Translations under genes and position numbers: made by a program
The notes under the pieces: model-generated
Told to the model about the DNA's origin: nothing
What the model saw: only the letters and a program-made list of their open reading frames with translations
The model's database searches: none
Shown: positions 27,101 through 36,684 of the stretch, piece by piece
Layout of the letters: the number at the start of each line of letters is the position of its first letter
Position numbering within the stretch: position 1 is the stretch's first letter
Source: Octopus sinensis
Lineage: Eukaryota
Assembly (NCBI RefSeq): GCF_006345805.1
Contig: NC_043007.1
Location: 42,842,001-42,906,000, forward strand
Reading direction: 5' to 3'
DNA length: 64,000 bases

Positions 27101-30100
27101 TGTCCACTCAGATAACATGAGCCAATAAAAAAAAACCTTGAACTGACCACTCATGCTAGAAATAGCAGCTAAATATCTCTCACTTTTTATCAGAGTTGAC
27201 TTATGGACAAGTAACAATAAGTGTGGTCACAAATATGTGATCAAAATCACGTTAACTGGAGGATGCAACCAAATTACTGATATTTCTAACAGACTTGTGC
27301 TTTACAGACTTAAATAAAGAAAATGCTTACAGGCAAAAACATGGGACTTTTGCACACCATGGGAAGTGTTTTATTCGAAGACATCTCAATCTTAGAGAGG
27401 CCGGTACCAGTATGGACAGAGTAGGATATATATTGTGATTGACTCTAAAAAAGAGAAAATTTTAATTAATAATAAAAAATAATATTTTTTTAATTACATG
27501 TACAGACTGTTACATTGCATTCTTCTCTAAACAATCAAACACTACAATCACAGAAGTATTAAAAAATAACTATTGAATACCAAACTGGTTGAACAGTCTG
27601 TCAGATGAAACTAAAGTCCTAGTCACAATACACACATACACATACAATAGACCTAAGTATAATATTAAGTCACCTCACAATCCAATGCACTGTAACTTCA
27701 CTGTGTTATGCTACCCACCAGTACTCTAATTTCAACCACCTCTATCATTAACCCTTACATACTCTAACCTTCATCTTATCACCCACCTCTACTTTTGTCT
27801 ACCTATAATTGACAATCACTACCTTTTTCCTAACCACTTCTACATATCCTTGCCTTCTTCCCATTATACTCTTGCTCCTTTCACATTCTCACTCATTCTG
27901 GTCCTTCTGATGCCATTATTCTGTCTCTTCTTTCTTGTCAATTCCTTTTCTCAGTTACCTGTACTAATGTAGGTTATCTTACTAAGTACTCTCTATGACT
28001 ACTTTTACTCTTCTATCCCCACCTCTCAAATACCCATTTCTAGCCTTTCCATTGTCATTGTTCCCTTTCCAAATTTAAATTTACTACCGACTGTCCCCAC
28101 TTTAAAGTGGTTGGCTAAATGACTAGAGATAGTGGAGTATTATAAAGTTGCTTTAGTCCTGTCTCACCAAAAGCTATTCAACTTCTCTAGTATTAATGCC
28201 ATGAGACTATGCACCTAGTACACTCTGAAAAGTGACTGGCATTAGGAATGGCATCCAGCCTTAGAAATCAACTCAAGTGACATGTGTGAGCACTTGATGT
28301 TTGGGATCTGAAGTACCAAATGATGACCTGTTCAACTCATGGCAGCATGGAAAGTGAATGTAAAGTAATGATTATACATTTATACACACACATCTATAGA
28401 GATACATACATTGATATATATATATATACATACACATTCACAGGCTTCTGTTCTGTCTTAACCAAATTCCATCAACCCAAAAGTATGATGCAAGACACTT
28501 TCCCAAGGTATCATGCAGTGGGACTGAACTAAAAGTAGTTGTAAAGTGAACTTCTTAACCACACAACCAATAATTATTTCACAGATCTTTTCCCTTTTCC
28601 CTTTGAGTGAGGAGTAATTGTGTGACATTTGTATTAAAACTGCAATGCTGCATGGTAGTGAGATGTGAGCCTTGAATGCAGAGAACTTGCAAAGACAGAA
28701 AAAAGCCGAAGTAACCATGTTCCATTGGATGGGTAATGTAAGTGTGCATGAAAGACATATGTCAAAGAAAAGAACTGGAAATAAGAGGAATCAGTTGTAT
28801 TGCATAGGGAAGAAGATGGTGGTGGTATGGATATGTGATGCATATGGATTAGGACATACCAAATGTGTATGTGTGTACATGTGTATGTATGAATGTATAT
28901 ATACGAGTATAAGACTGTATCCATTATACTTGTCTCCTTCATTCATACATATATTTATGTATATACATTTGTATATCTGCAGGTGTAGGTGTGTTTGACA
29001 GGCAGGAGGGTGCATTTGTGTGTATATATATATATGCACCCCTATACAAATACAACTCATATGTATATTCAAGTTTTGCGGTGAATGTGAATGTGTTTAC
29101 AGTTTATGTTTTTGCGTATGTATTATTATTTGTATAAATGTCTATATATCTATACGAGGATGTATTTATACGTATGTGCATGTGTGTATTTGTACATATA
29201 TATGCAGATGCGGAGTTTTGTATATCCGCGTATGTATGTGCATGTATGCATATCTATATGTGTGTATGTTTACATGTGTATAGAAAAGTGTGTGTGTATA
29301 TGTATACGTGTATGTAAGTATATATATATATATATATATACATACATACATACGCATACACACACACACACACTGCAGCCACTTGTCAAACAAGGCACCA
29401 TTCCTACATTTCAATTATAATAATAGCAGAAAAGTATACATGTTGAACAAGAGAGAACACAATAAAAGCACTTTGTTTGAATGCTATACGTTTAACTCCA
29501 CTTTGTTGAAACTATTCTGACTAGCTACCTGGTTTGTATGTATATACGTGTATGTATATGTGTGTACAAATGTGCATATGCAGATTCTATGAACAAAGTT
29601 TTACTTTCTCCATGCCTATTGGAGTAACATCCCTTTATTCAACGGTTTTTTCAGAACTTTTTTTGTTTTAATAACTGATGAGATGCTAGAGCAGACTTCA
29701 GCCCTGACATCCGAAACTCTGAGGTTTATTATGACAACTAACTGATTATCCTATATTATATTTATAGATAAATTCCTCTATTTACATAATATCAAATTCT
29801 CATTCATTCTTTTGTTGTCATATTATTATTAATACACACACACACACACATACACATACATGCACAACTGGGCTCTTTACCCAATTCCCCTACTCCTCAA
29901 GTCACACCAGTGCCACTACCCATCACCTCTCCAACTGCAGTTCTTCCTTATCACCACTTTTCTTACTATCCAGGACCACTTGTTATCAATCCTTCAACCA
30001 TTACTACTATTCTCTGCACCAACATTTCCATTAATCATGCACCACCACATTATCTCTCCTATCCCTCTGCATGTTCCACACTATTGGATATTACATACTC

Positions 30101-33100
30101 CCCTACTGGTCCCAATCTTCCTACTTATCTCATACCTAGAAGGTCCACCATGATGACTCATCACCACTATTTTTATCACTTTCAAGTTCCATCTGATCAC
30201 TCCAATTCTCCCTCTTCTGAAATGTGAGTAGTCATATAGCTCCTCTACAGCAAGAAACTTGTTCTGCTCAAGTTATTTTTTTCTTCTCCTTTACCTATCT
30301 CTATTCCTCATCTAGCATAGAATTTCCCCCTTGGAGTTTGTGGTTATGAAAGTTGCATAGCAACCTCATGAGTGCTGATGGTATGAAATAAGCACTCAGT
30401 TCCTACTGTAAAGTAGTGGGTATCAGGAAGGGCACGCAGCCATAGAAACAATGCCAAAGCAGACACTGGAGCAAGATTAAGTCCCTGGGCCCACTGGATC
30501 CTATCAAACCATCCAACCCATGCCAGCATAGAACATAGACATTAAATGAGGATGATGATGTTTATCAGAGCTACTATAAATTTTGCAGTCTTTGTTGCTG
30601 AGTGTTATGGTGTCATAACATGGTGAGGAAGGTAACATGTATAAAATAAAATAATAAAAATTATTAGTAAAATCCACAGAAATGCTTCCATTAGCTTTTG
30701 ACATATAAGTAAAAGTAAAAATACAGTAACATCTCAATAAAACAGCTATAGAACCAGAACCAAACACTTTTATTTATTTTATTTCATTTATTTTTTTTTC
30801 TGTAATTCATTTATAATTTAGTCAGAAGAGAAATGCTCATGACCTTTAAAAAAAGGGACTCTGAAATTAATAGGGATGGAGATTAGGTCATAACTCATGG
30901 GTTATCTCTCAAACCAGGTAGCTAGTCAGAATAGTTTCAACAAAGTGGAGTTAAACATATAGCATTCAAACAAAGTGCTTTTATTGTGTTCTCTCTTGTT
31001 TAACATGTATACTTTTCTGCTATTATTATAATTGAAATGTAGGAATGGTACCTTGTTTGACAAGTGGCTGCAGTAAGGCTTTTGTAACCAATCGTGTGGT
31101 TGGTTGTCCAATGTTTTAACTCAACATTCCCATTATAGGCGCAGGAGTGGCTGTGTGGTAAGTAGCTTGTTTACCAACCACATGGTTCCGGGTTCAGTCC
31201 CACTGCATGGCACCTTGGGCAAATGTCTTTACTATAGCCTCGGGCCGACCAAAGCCTCGTGAGTGGATTTGGTAGACGGAAACTGAAAGAAGCCCGTCGT
31301 ATATATGTATATATATATGTTTGTGTGTCCGTGTTTGTCCCCCTAGCATTGCTTGACAACCGATGCTGGTGTGTTTATGTCCCCGTCACTTAACGGTTCG
31401 GCAAAAGAGACCGATAGAATAAGTACTGGGCTTACAAAGAATAAGTGCCGGGGTCGAGTTGCTCGATTAAAGGCGGTGCTCCAGCATGGCCGCAGTCAAA
31501 TGACTGAAACAAGTAAAAGAGTAAAAGAGAGTAAAGAGTATTATATCTCTCATAACATGACAACAGTAGGTTTTTGTCAATTTGATTTAGCAAATGAAAA
31601 GATGAAAGAAATGCATAGGAAATTACTCACCAAATTATCTCCAATCAAAGGAAGTTCATTAGCACAGGGAAAATACTGCAAAGTCCACGCGATGCTCAGA
31701 CTGACAGGTTCAATGGACCCTGGCTGGCAGGAAACTGGGAGAAGGTAATAAATAAGACAAACAAATGTCAGTTTTACAAATAAAATAAATGGTTTAGCTG
31801 TACTGTTTGCTAAACTCAAGTATTGTTATATGCTGTTTTTTTTTAAAGAGCATGATATATAACCATTGAGTTAGAACTCCATATATTTCATTACACCTCA
31901 AAAACAGATGCCTGGGGAGAAAATGTGTGTTATTACACAGATAATTCCATGTCACAGGTTTGTTGGCTATAACAGGCATATAGCATGGATATTAAGTACA
32001 AGACAAGTGAATATAGAATTAAATTATTTAAAAAGTAATTTATAATTCAATATTATATTCTCCCATTTTGTACTTGATATGTGTGTGTGTGTGCATGCAC
32101 GCATGCATGTGTGTGAAGTAAGTAAAAGGAAAAGCCTTTTCTTTAGGTGAATTTAGCTAAGGATAATGGACCATTAGACATGACAGATGTGGTGATATTT
32201 ATATCTGTGAAAAATGTTTTTTATAACCTCATAAGTGCTGGTGGTATGAAATAAGCACTCAGTTCCTGCTGTAAAGTGGTAGGTATCAGGAAGGGCAAGC
32301 AGCCATAGAAACAATGACAAAACAGACACTGGAGCACAATTAAGTCCTTGCACCTAGATTCTGGTCAGTTAGGATTTCCACATGCAATGAGTATGTAAGT
32401 AGTAGTGGGTCAAAAAACACTGACCCAACTCACCCCGTTACCATATGTAATATGATAACATATATGAGGTCTGATCAATAAGTATCCAAATTGTGGCCAA
32501 AGTAACAAAGCACACAAAGTGAAGTTGCTCAGCAAAAATTGACCTTGAACTCTGCTCTGCATGCACACTAAGTTTTAACGTTCTGCTTGGAAGGAAAGTG
32601 TGTAGTGTGTGATTGTCACATTGACCGTGACAGAAAAAGTTGTCATGGCAACACCAGCTCAAAGGCCTATGCAAAGTTGCAGAGAATGTATGGAGAGGAG
32701 TGTATGAGCTGTGTACAAGTGGTTCAGATGTTTCCAGGATGGCTGAAAAATGTTGGTATTGACAAACATTTTGGAAGACCAGTAACCAGCAGAATTGAGA
32801 AAAACATTGCAGCTATGCATGCAGCAGAGAGTGGAAATCATCGAATCACCATCCATGGGTTATCAGAGGATGTGCAGATTAGTTACAGTTCAGTTTAGTC
32901 CATTATCACTGAAGATTGGGTATGAGAAGCATGTCTGCCAAGTTTGTGTCAATACTACTTTCAGCTGACCAAAAGGATGGGTTTCAATTGCACAAGATAT
33001 TCATTGTGTCGAGAACGATGAAAACTTTTCAAAAACTTTGCATAGGCCTCTGGGCAGGTATTGCCAAGCTTTTGGCAAAATTTGATGCAGATTCTCTGGT

Positions 33101-35958
33101 CAACTTTCTCTATCGTGGTCAATGTGATGATCACATGCTACACACATTCCTTCCAAGCACTGTTGTAAATAGCGGTAGTGAGCTAGAACATTAAAACTTA
33201 GTGTGCATGCAGAGCGGAGTTGAGGTCAATCTGTGGCAAGCAGCTTCCCTCCATGTGCTTTAGCTTCACTACTTATGGCAACAGTCTGGATACTACGTAC
33301 AATGGCTGTATGGGCAATTTAAAGCTTGACTAAGGATGATACATTAAGTTTGAAATTCAGCAACTGTGAATTTCAGAATTATTTGTTGGTGATTGTATTC
33401 TATTTTAGACCCAGGTCAGCTCTAACATAAAAGAGATTTCACTCATGATCATCACATAATTTATTCAGATATAGTCTGACTAAAACTACATTTTCAGTGT
33501 GTCCTTTCTTTTTTTAAAATGGTAGGTGTGATCTGAGGCAGCATTGGATGCTACTTTTAGCAGGTTGAATGACCATGTAAAAGCTTTCTCACTGGCTTGA
33601 TCTCTTCAGAATTAATCAGGTATGCAACACAAATACATTAATGAGAAAACAAAATGGATGAGTAGATAAAATGTTAAACATCTCACTCATGAATGTGGTT
33701 TCAAACCACATGTCATGTCCTGGGGATGGATGCTTTTCCCTATGTTCTACATTACCCCAATTCACCTACCTCTTGGGAACAGGTATGAAATAATATGGTA
33801 ATGTTACTGTGATAGACTGACATGCAATCTATGGGAGGATTCATTTCCTATTCTCTTAGTGTATATTATGAAACCACAGTTAAACACAAACACTCAAAAG
33901 CTTCTCAAGTCTTAAGTGATATTTACATTCACAACTCTGTTGAACATGCCATTTTCTTTTAATAAGTGACCGTATATACAAATATGAGTTAACAATAGTG
34001 CCTCTACATGGTCATTTGACTTACTACAAAAAGCAGCCAAAATTTCCTTCAAATCACACTGTTCTTTCTTCTTTGAGACAAGCACATGCCTTGCGAGACT
34101 ATGGATCTACACCTGGAAAGTTCCTCTTGAAACCACAAATCTGAACAAGGTCTTTTATGGAGGACAAACATCTTATTTCTTTACTGCCCACAAGTGGCTA
34201 CACACAAACGGATTAAGTCAATTATACCGACCCCAGGGTGTAACTGGTACTTATTTAATTGACCCCAAAAGGATGAAAGGCAAAGTCGACCTCGGCAGAA
34301 TTTGAACTCACAACGTAAAGACAGACAAAATACCGCTAAGTATTTCGCCCGGCGTGCTAACGTTTCTCCCAGCTCGCTGCCTCATTCATGCAAATCTCCC
34401 TTCTCTACACCACTGATATTGTCCATAAGAAAAGCAAAGATGAGTACAGCTTGGCAGCATCTATGACAACAATGTGGTCATAGATATCACCATCAGGATG
34501 CAACAAACTGGAATAGACACAATAAGGTATGCCTTCTGACACTCAAACAGTTTAGTCATTGGTATTTTTTCAACACTGAAAGAATGAAAGGCAAAGTCAA
34601 CGCCAGCAGAATTTGAACTCAGAATGTAAAGATGAATGAAATTCCATTAAGCAGTTCTTCTAAGGTGCTAATGATTCTGTGAGCTTGAACTACAGTAATA
34701 ATGATGATGATGATGATAAATATAAATGTGTGTGCATGCGTGTTTGTATCAACATTCAATATCAATAAAAATCACTTGCTAGACAAAATGATAATTCAAA
34801 GGAATAAACAAGTAAATTTGTAAATTACATGAAAATCCTCAATTACTCACAGAATATTTAGAAAGAGGTCATATCATGTAAATCAAATTTGGCTTAATTG
34901 ATTGATTAATAGCTTGATTTTATTTCCAGCTAGCTTTTTAATGCACTCTGCAATAAACATAACACAAACTTAACCATTGATCTCACGCAGATAGCATCTC
35001 TGCAGTATTTCTCTAATTTAATTTTCCTATGCTAAACAGTTCTCAATTTTGCATATTTCCTTACTGAGTATTTCATGACTATTTTAGTAAGAAAGTGAAG
35101 TCCATACATTACTGATGAGGTCATAAAACTGAAATATGTTTGGGTTTAAATAGATAAACATTACCCATTGGCTAATATTTTTTTTTAACTATATAATTAT
35201 TCACTATTTAATCTCTTTGCATTAAATACATTAACACTAGCTTAACTCTAAGCCCCAAAACTTCATACTTTAGTTTTCATAAACTATCTTGTAATCAAAT
35301 ATTGGTTTTGTGTTGCTACCAAGTTAGTATTTCTCATGTGTGTACACATAACTATGGCCCAATATCACACACTAAAGAGGCTTCACATAAGAGAATTTGT
35401 TCAGTCATTTGTTAGAGAATTTTATAAATCTGTAATAGATAACAAGATGGGTTAGTAAGTATATTGTTGTTATTGTTGTTTAGCTCCATGTCAGTTCTGA
35501 TAGATGGTCAAAAGCAATTTAAGACAGGACTATTCCATCTTTTATTCAGATATAGTATATCCTGGGCTACATTAATTAATGTGTCTTTTTTGAAGGTGGG
35601 AAGCTTGAAATATGTAGGAGATTTGTCTGTTGTTATTTTATCATGGTCAAACAACCATGTAAAGCCCCTCTCAAAGATTTGTAGAAAGTATACAATGACC
35701 TGGTATGATGGTATGAGTGTAGTAGGCTCTTATAAATAATGAAATGGTATTATAAATTCATTTGTTGGGTTTGCATAGCGTGGGAACTGGTTCACGCCAT
35801 AGCTGATGTCTTATAAATTTGGTGGAGTGGAGTTGGTGTGTTATGCACTAAGTATGTACATAAATTATTAGTCAATAAAGGAAAATAATTCACTTACTTT
35901 TAACATAAATTTTAGTTTGGTTATATGTTGTCTTTACAAATGTGAATTTGGAATTACT
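342..35958 (-). CDS. TMEM87A: TMEM87A/B-like GOST protein, partial multi-exon gene (15 exons found; first coding exon and 3' exons not found)
   Basis: Manually spliced exons join in phase into 1304 nt with no stop. Family motifs include [74 protein letters not shown] and [12 protein letters not shown]...[10 protein letters not shown] versus B orthology is not resolved; this may be the single pre-duplication gene. Confidence 0.95.
1591..1649 (-). CDS. TMEM87A: TMEM87 exon: (A)[19 protein letters not shown]
   Basis: 59 nt; tttgttgcAG / GTaagt; phase 1 in, phase 0 out; fits both neighbours. Confidence 0.9.
3371..3592. mobile_element. MITE with TTAA flanks (piggyBac-like termini)
   Basis: TTAA|CCCTTTTGATACC ... 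GGTAACAAGAGGT|TTAA; imperfect TIRs. Confidence 0.6.
3622..3730 (-). CDS. TMEM87A: TMEM87 exon: [36 protein letters not shown]
   Basis: 109 nt; non-canonical AC acceptor (ttcttaatgtttatAC), donor GTaagt; conserved [18 protein letters not shown] motif. Confidence 0.95.
3731..4973 (-). other. U12-type (minor spliceosome) AT-AC intron, 1243 nt
   Basis: 5' site ATATCCTTT directly after TGG TGG (WW); branch site TTCTTAAT (3739-3746) about 10 nt before the terminal AC; the join reads CWW|IFS, matching the family. Confidence 0.93.
4277..4644 (+). mobile_element. tRNA-headed non-autonomous retroelement with a degenerate hammerhead-like 3' part and an inverted partial copy
   Basis: A-box TGGCGTAGTGG (4373-4383) and B-box-like GAGTTCGATTCC; the ~65-nt arm at 4277-4341 is the reverse complement of 4539-4610. 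Confidence 0.7.
4974..5051 (-). CDS. TMEM87A: TMEM87 exon: [26 protein letters not shown]
   Basis: 78 nt; gttttcttccacAG acceptor; ATATCCTTT donor. Confidence 0.93.
6170..7222 (+). mobile_element. Decayed 3' fragment of an R4/Dong-like non-LTR retrotransposon (restriction-like endonuclease)
   Basis: Broken frame ...RWNQKSLH...[15 protein letters not shown]...[15 protein letters not shown]...WYEH...LLDVNIPTD...[13 protein letters not shown]...VPVIVGAL; stop at 7060-7062; (ACT)n tail. Confidence 0.8.
7408..7501 (-). CDS. TMEM87A: TMEM87 exon: (K)[31 protein letters not shown]
   Basis: 94 nt; ctacacttatAG / GTaagt; KPRLG motif. Confidence 0.93.
8700..8799 (-). CDS. TMEM87A: TMEM87 exon: (V)[32 protein letters not shown](K)
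   Basis: 100 nt; tttctcttttAG / GTaagt. Confidence 0.95.
9819..9881 (-). CDS. TMEM87A: TMEM87 exon: (G)[20 protein letters not shown]
   Basis: 63 nt; aaaatgcAG / GTgagt; phase 1-1. Confidence 0.95.
10248..10472 (+). mobile_element. Possible solo LTR
   Basis: TGTGGCG...ATAACA (TG...CA), internal TATAAATA, imperfect 4-bp flanks gttt/attt. Confidence 0.35.
11125..11245 (-). CDS. TMEM87A: TMEM87 exon (TM1-2): [40 protein letters not shown]
   Basis: 121 nt; tatcacttcAG / GTaaat. Confidence 0.95.
12260..13660 (-). mobile_element. Decayed Penelope-like element: linker plus GIY-YIG endonuclease between inverted pLTRs
   Basis: Minus-strand remnants RIPLVINWH...[57 protein letters not shown] and [11 protein letters not shown]; ~230-nt inverted arms at 12260-12490 and 13430-13660, each with a hammerhead core. 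Confidence 0.8.
12560..12778 (+). mobile_element. CR1/L2-clade LINE 3' end
   Basis: [21 protein letters not shown]...ASFKALM, stop at 12700-12702, short UTR and (TAT)n tail. Confidence 0.8.
13783..15049 (+). mobile_element. Full-length decayed mariner element (1267 bp)
   Basis: TA flanks; ~30-bp TIRs (TGAGGGGTTTTCATTAAAGATTTCC / GGGGAAATTTTTAATGAACACCCTTTG); transposase from ATG 13951 with WIPRML, DETWVH, HQDN and YSPDF; frameshifts and stops. Confidence 0.93.
15287..15528 (-). mobile_element. 5'-truncated RTE 3'-tail copy with (ATG)n end
   Basis: Same terminal ~180 nt as 46330-46517. Confidence 0.8.
15545..16150 (+). mobile_element. RTE 3' fragment (ORF end plus repeated GGCACATAAAAAGCACC modules)
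   Basis: GACCTTTGGAGATAT...GAGAAGACC ORF end as at 45575-45610, followed by the family tail. Confidence 0.8.
16339..16400 (-). CDS. TMEM87A: TMEM87 exon: (I)[20 protein letters not shown]
   Basis: 62 nt; tttcatttctAG / GTaagt; G.HGYLSA.EWPL motif that precedes TM1. Confidence 0.93.
17089..17738 (-). mobile_element. Non-autonomous Helitron
   Basis: Perfect hairpin CCAGTGACCC-n3-GGGTCACTGG (17097-17119) 4 nt from the terminal CTAG; putative 5' A|TC at 17738. Confidence 0.6.
20147..20240 (-). CDS. TMEM87A: TMEM87 exon: [31 protein letters not shown]
   Basis: 94 nt; atatatttcAG / GTatgt; matches the TW.D.PY GOLD-strand motif. Confidence 0.9.
22185..22404. mobile_element. MITE with TTAA flanks (piggyBac-like termini)
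   Basis: TTAA|CCCTTTAGTAATCA ... TGAATACTAAAGGT|TTAA. Confidence 0.65.
22705..22800 (-). CDS. TMEM87A: TMEM87 exon (variable lumenal loop): [32 protein letters not shown]
   Basis: 96 nt; gctttttcaattAG / GTgagt; open frame, phase 0-0; assigned by position and phase rather than by homology. Confidence 0.8.
23310..24740 (+). mobile_element. Decayed RTE LINE 3' part with a nested SINE
   Basis: QIPSSRWP...[28 protein letters not shown]; homologous to 44884-45624 and 61150-62040; (GAT)n tail. Confidence 0.9.
24302..24525 (-). mobile_element. Young tRNA-derived SINE (GTCGACTTTGCCTTTCATCCTTTCGGGG core; Meta-SINE-like from recollection)
   Basis: CpG-rich and intact; flanked by the direct repeat GCAGATACC (24293-24301 / 24526-24534); sister copy at 34173-34382. 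Confidence 0.85.
25330..25659 (-). mobile_element. tRNA-derived SINE, same family as 31138-31540
   Basis: GCAGGAGTGG...GTGGTAAGAAGCTTGC...GGTTCCAGTTTCAGTCCCACTGCGTGGCACCTTGGGC head on the minus strand. Confidence 0.8.
26270..26314 (-). CDS. TMEM87A: TMEM87 candidate small exon: [15 protein letters not shown]
   Basis: 45 nt; strong tract tttctcttgcttttcAG, donor GTaaag; only frame 0 is open. Confidence 0.65.
27331..27444 (-). CDS. TMEM87A: TMEM87 exon: [38 protein letters not shown]
   Basis: 114 nt; ttttctcttttttAG / GTaagc; phase 0-0; contains a Cys where the family has one. Confidence 0.8.
29372..31074. repeat. 165-bp inverted duplication (29372-29536 / 30910-31074)
   Basis: Three transition differences in 165 nt, counted by eye. 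Confidence 0.92.
29669..29731 (+). ncRNA. Degenerate minimal type-I hammerhead ribozyme (Penelope pLTR type)
   Basis: TAATAA-CTGATGA-GATG(n22)CATC-C-GAAAC-TCTGAG-GT-TTATTA; stems I-III can pair; U16.1 appears mutated. Confidence 0.55.
31138..31540 (+). mobile_element. Full-length young tRNA-derived SINE
   Basis: GGCGCAGGAGTGGCTGTGTGGTAAG head, B-box GGTTCAGTCC, (GTAAAAGA)n tail, ATTATA direct repeats on both sides; further copies near 19090-19670, 36330-36600, 38905-39300, 55150-55500 and 56380-56560. Confidence 0.88.
31631..31734 (-). CDS. TMEM87A: TMEM87 exon: (I)[34 protein letters not shown]
   Basis: 104 nt; ccttctcccAG / GTgagt; matches vertebrate C..SLNITWYLKSADCYNE. Confidence 0.9.
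32465..33297 (+). mobile_element. Mariner-derived fold-back MITE with long inverted arms and an N-terminal transposase remnant
   Basis: TA|TGAGGTCTGATCAATAAGTATCC start; [15 protein letters not shown]...GRPVTSR...ISYSSV...[15 protein letters not shown]; 33030-33294 is an inverted copy of the left ~200 nt. Confidence 0.8.
34173..34382 (-). mobile_element. tRNA-derived SINE (same family as 24302-24525)
   Basis: High visual identity to 24302-24525. Confidence 0.85.
35898..35958 (-). CDS. TMEM87A: TMEM87 exon: [20 protein letters not shown]
   Basis: 61 nt; ttttttctcttttgcAG / GTaagt; matches vertebrate YFSFGKILFRNTTIFLK. Confidence 0.85.
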
Positions 35959-36618
35959 CTGCAAAAGAGAAAAAAGAAAACATTGAAATACTTGAACACT
36001 GAACAAAATCCACAGTGGAGATATTTAAACAACAGTGAATAATAAAGAGATTTTCCTTAGCTTAATAGTACGGAATGCCTTTTTAGATGTGAACCTAGCT
36101 ATGACATGTACCTTCACTGAGCAGCCAAATTACTTCCATAGCTATTTAATAACAAGCTCTCCATATAACTGTAAATATGAAACCTTTTCCCAACAGCATG
36201 GACACAAGTAGTCCTCACAACAGTGTATCATGACAGTCAGAGCTATGTAGCATTTATGATGTAAGCAGAAAGCAATCAATTAATGCTATAACCATAGAAA
36301 CACCTGTACAAAAACAAATTTAAAACAATCTTTTACTATCAATCTTTTTTGCCAAACTGCTAAGTTATGGGAACATAAACAAAATAACACTGGTTGACAA
36401 GCAGTGGTAGAGGACAAACACAAAGACACACACAGATATACACATATATTACAGGCTTCTTTCAGTTTCCATCAACCAAATCCACTCACAAGGCTTTGGT
36501 TGGCCCAATGCTATTATAGAAGATACTTGGCCAAGGCGCAACACAGTGGGACTGAACCTAAAACAATGTGGCTAAGAAGTAAGCTTCTTACCACAGCCAT
36601 ACCTGTGCCTGTATACTC

Positions 36619-36684
36619 TGCAGATGTAGGGGATTGAACCCAAGGTCTTTTGTATACTAAACATTTTCCAATGCTCACGTGACC
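36619..36684 (-). pseudogene. Decayed tRNA-like remnant (3' half resembles tRNA-Ala)
   Basis: TTTAGTATACAAAAGACCTTGGGTTCAATCCCCTACATCTGCA resembles the anticodon arm, T-arm and acceptor end; the 5' half is eroded. Confidence 0.3.

Noticed and set aside
28600-29600. Stack of overlapping ORFs rich in C, V, Y, I and H
   Set aside because: Artefact of (TA)/(TG)/(CA) low-complexity DNA
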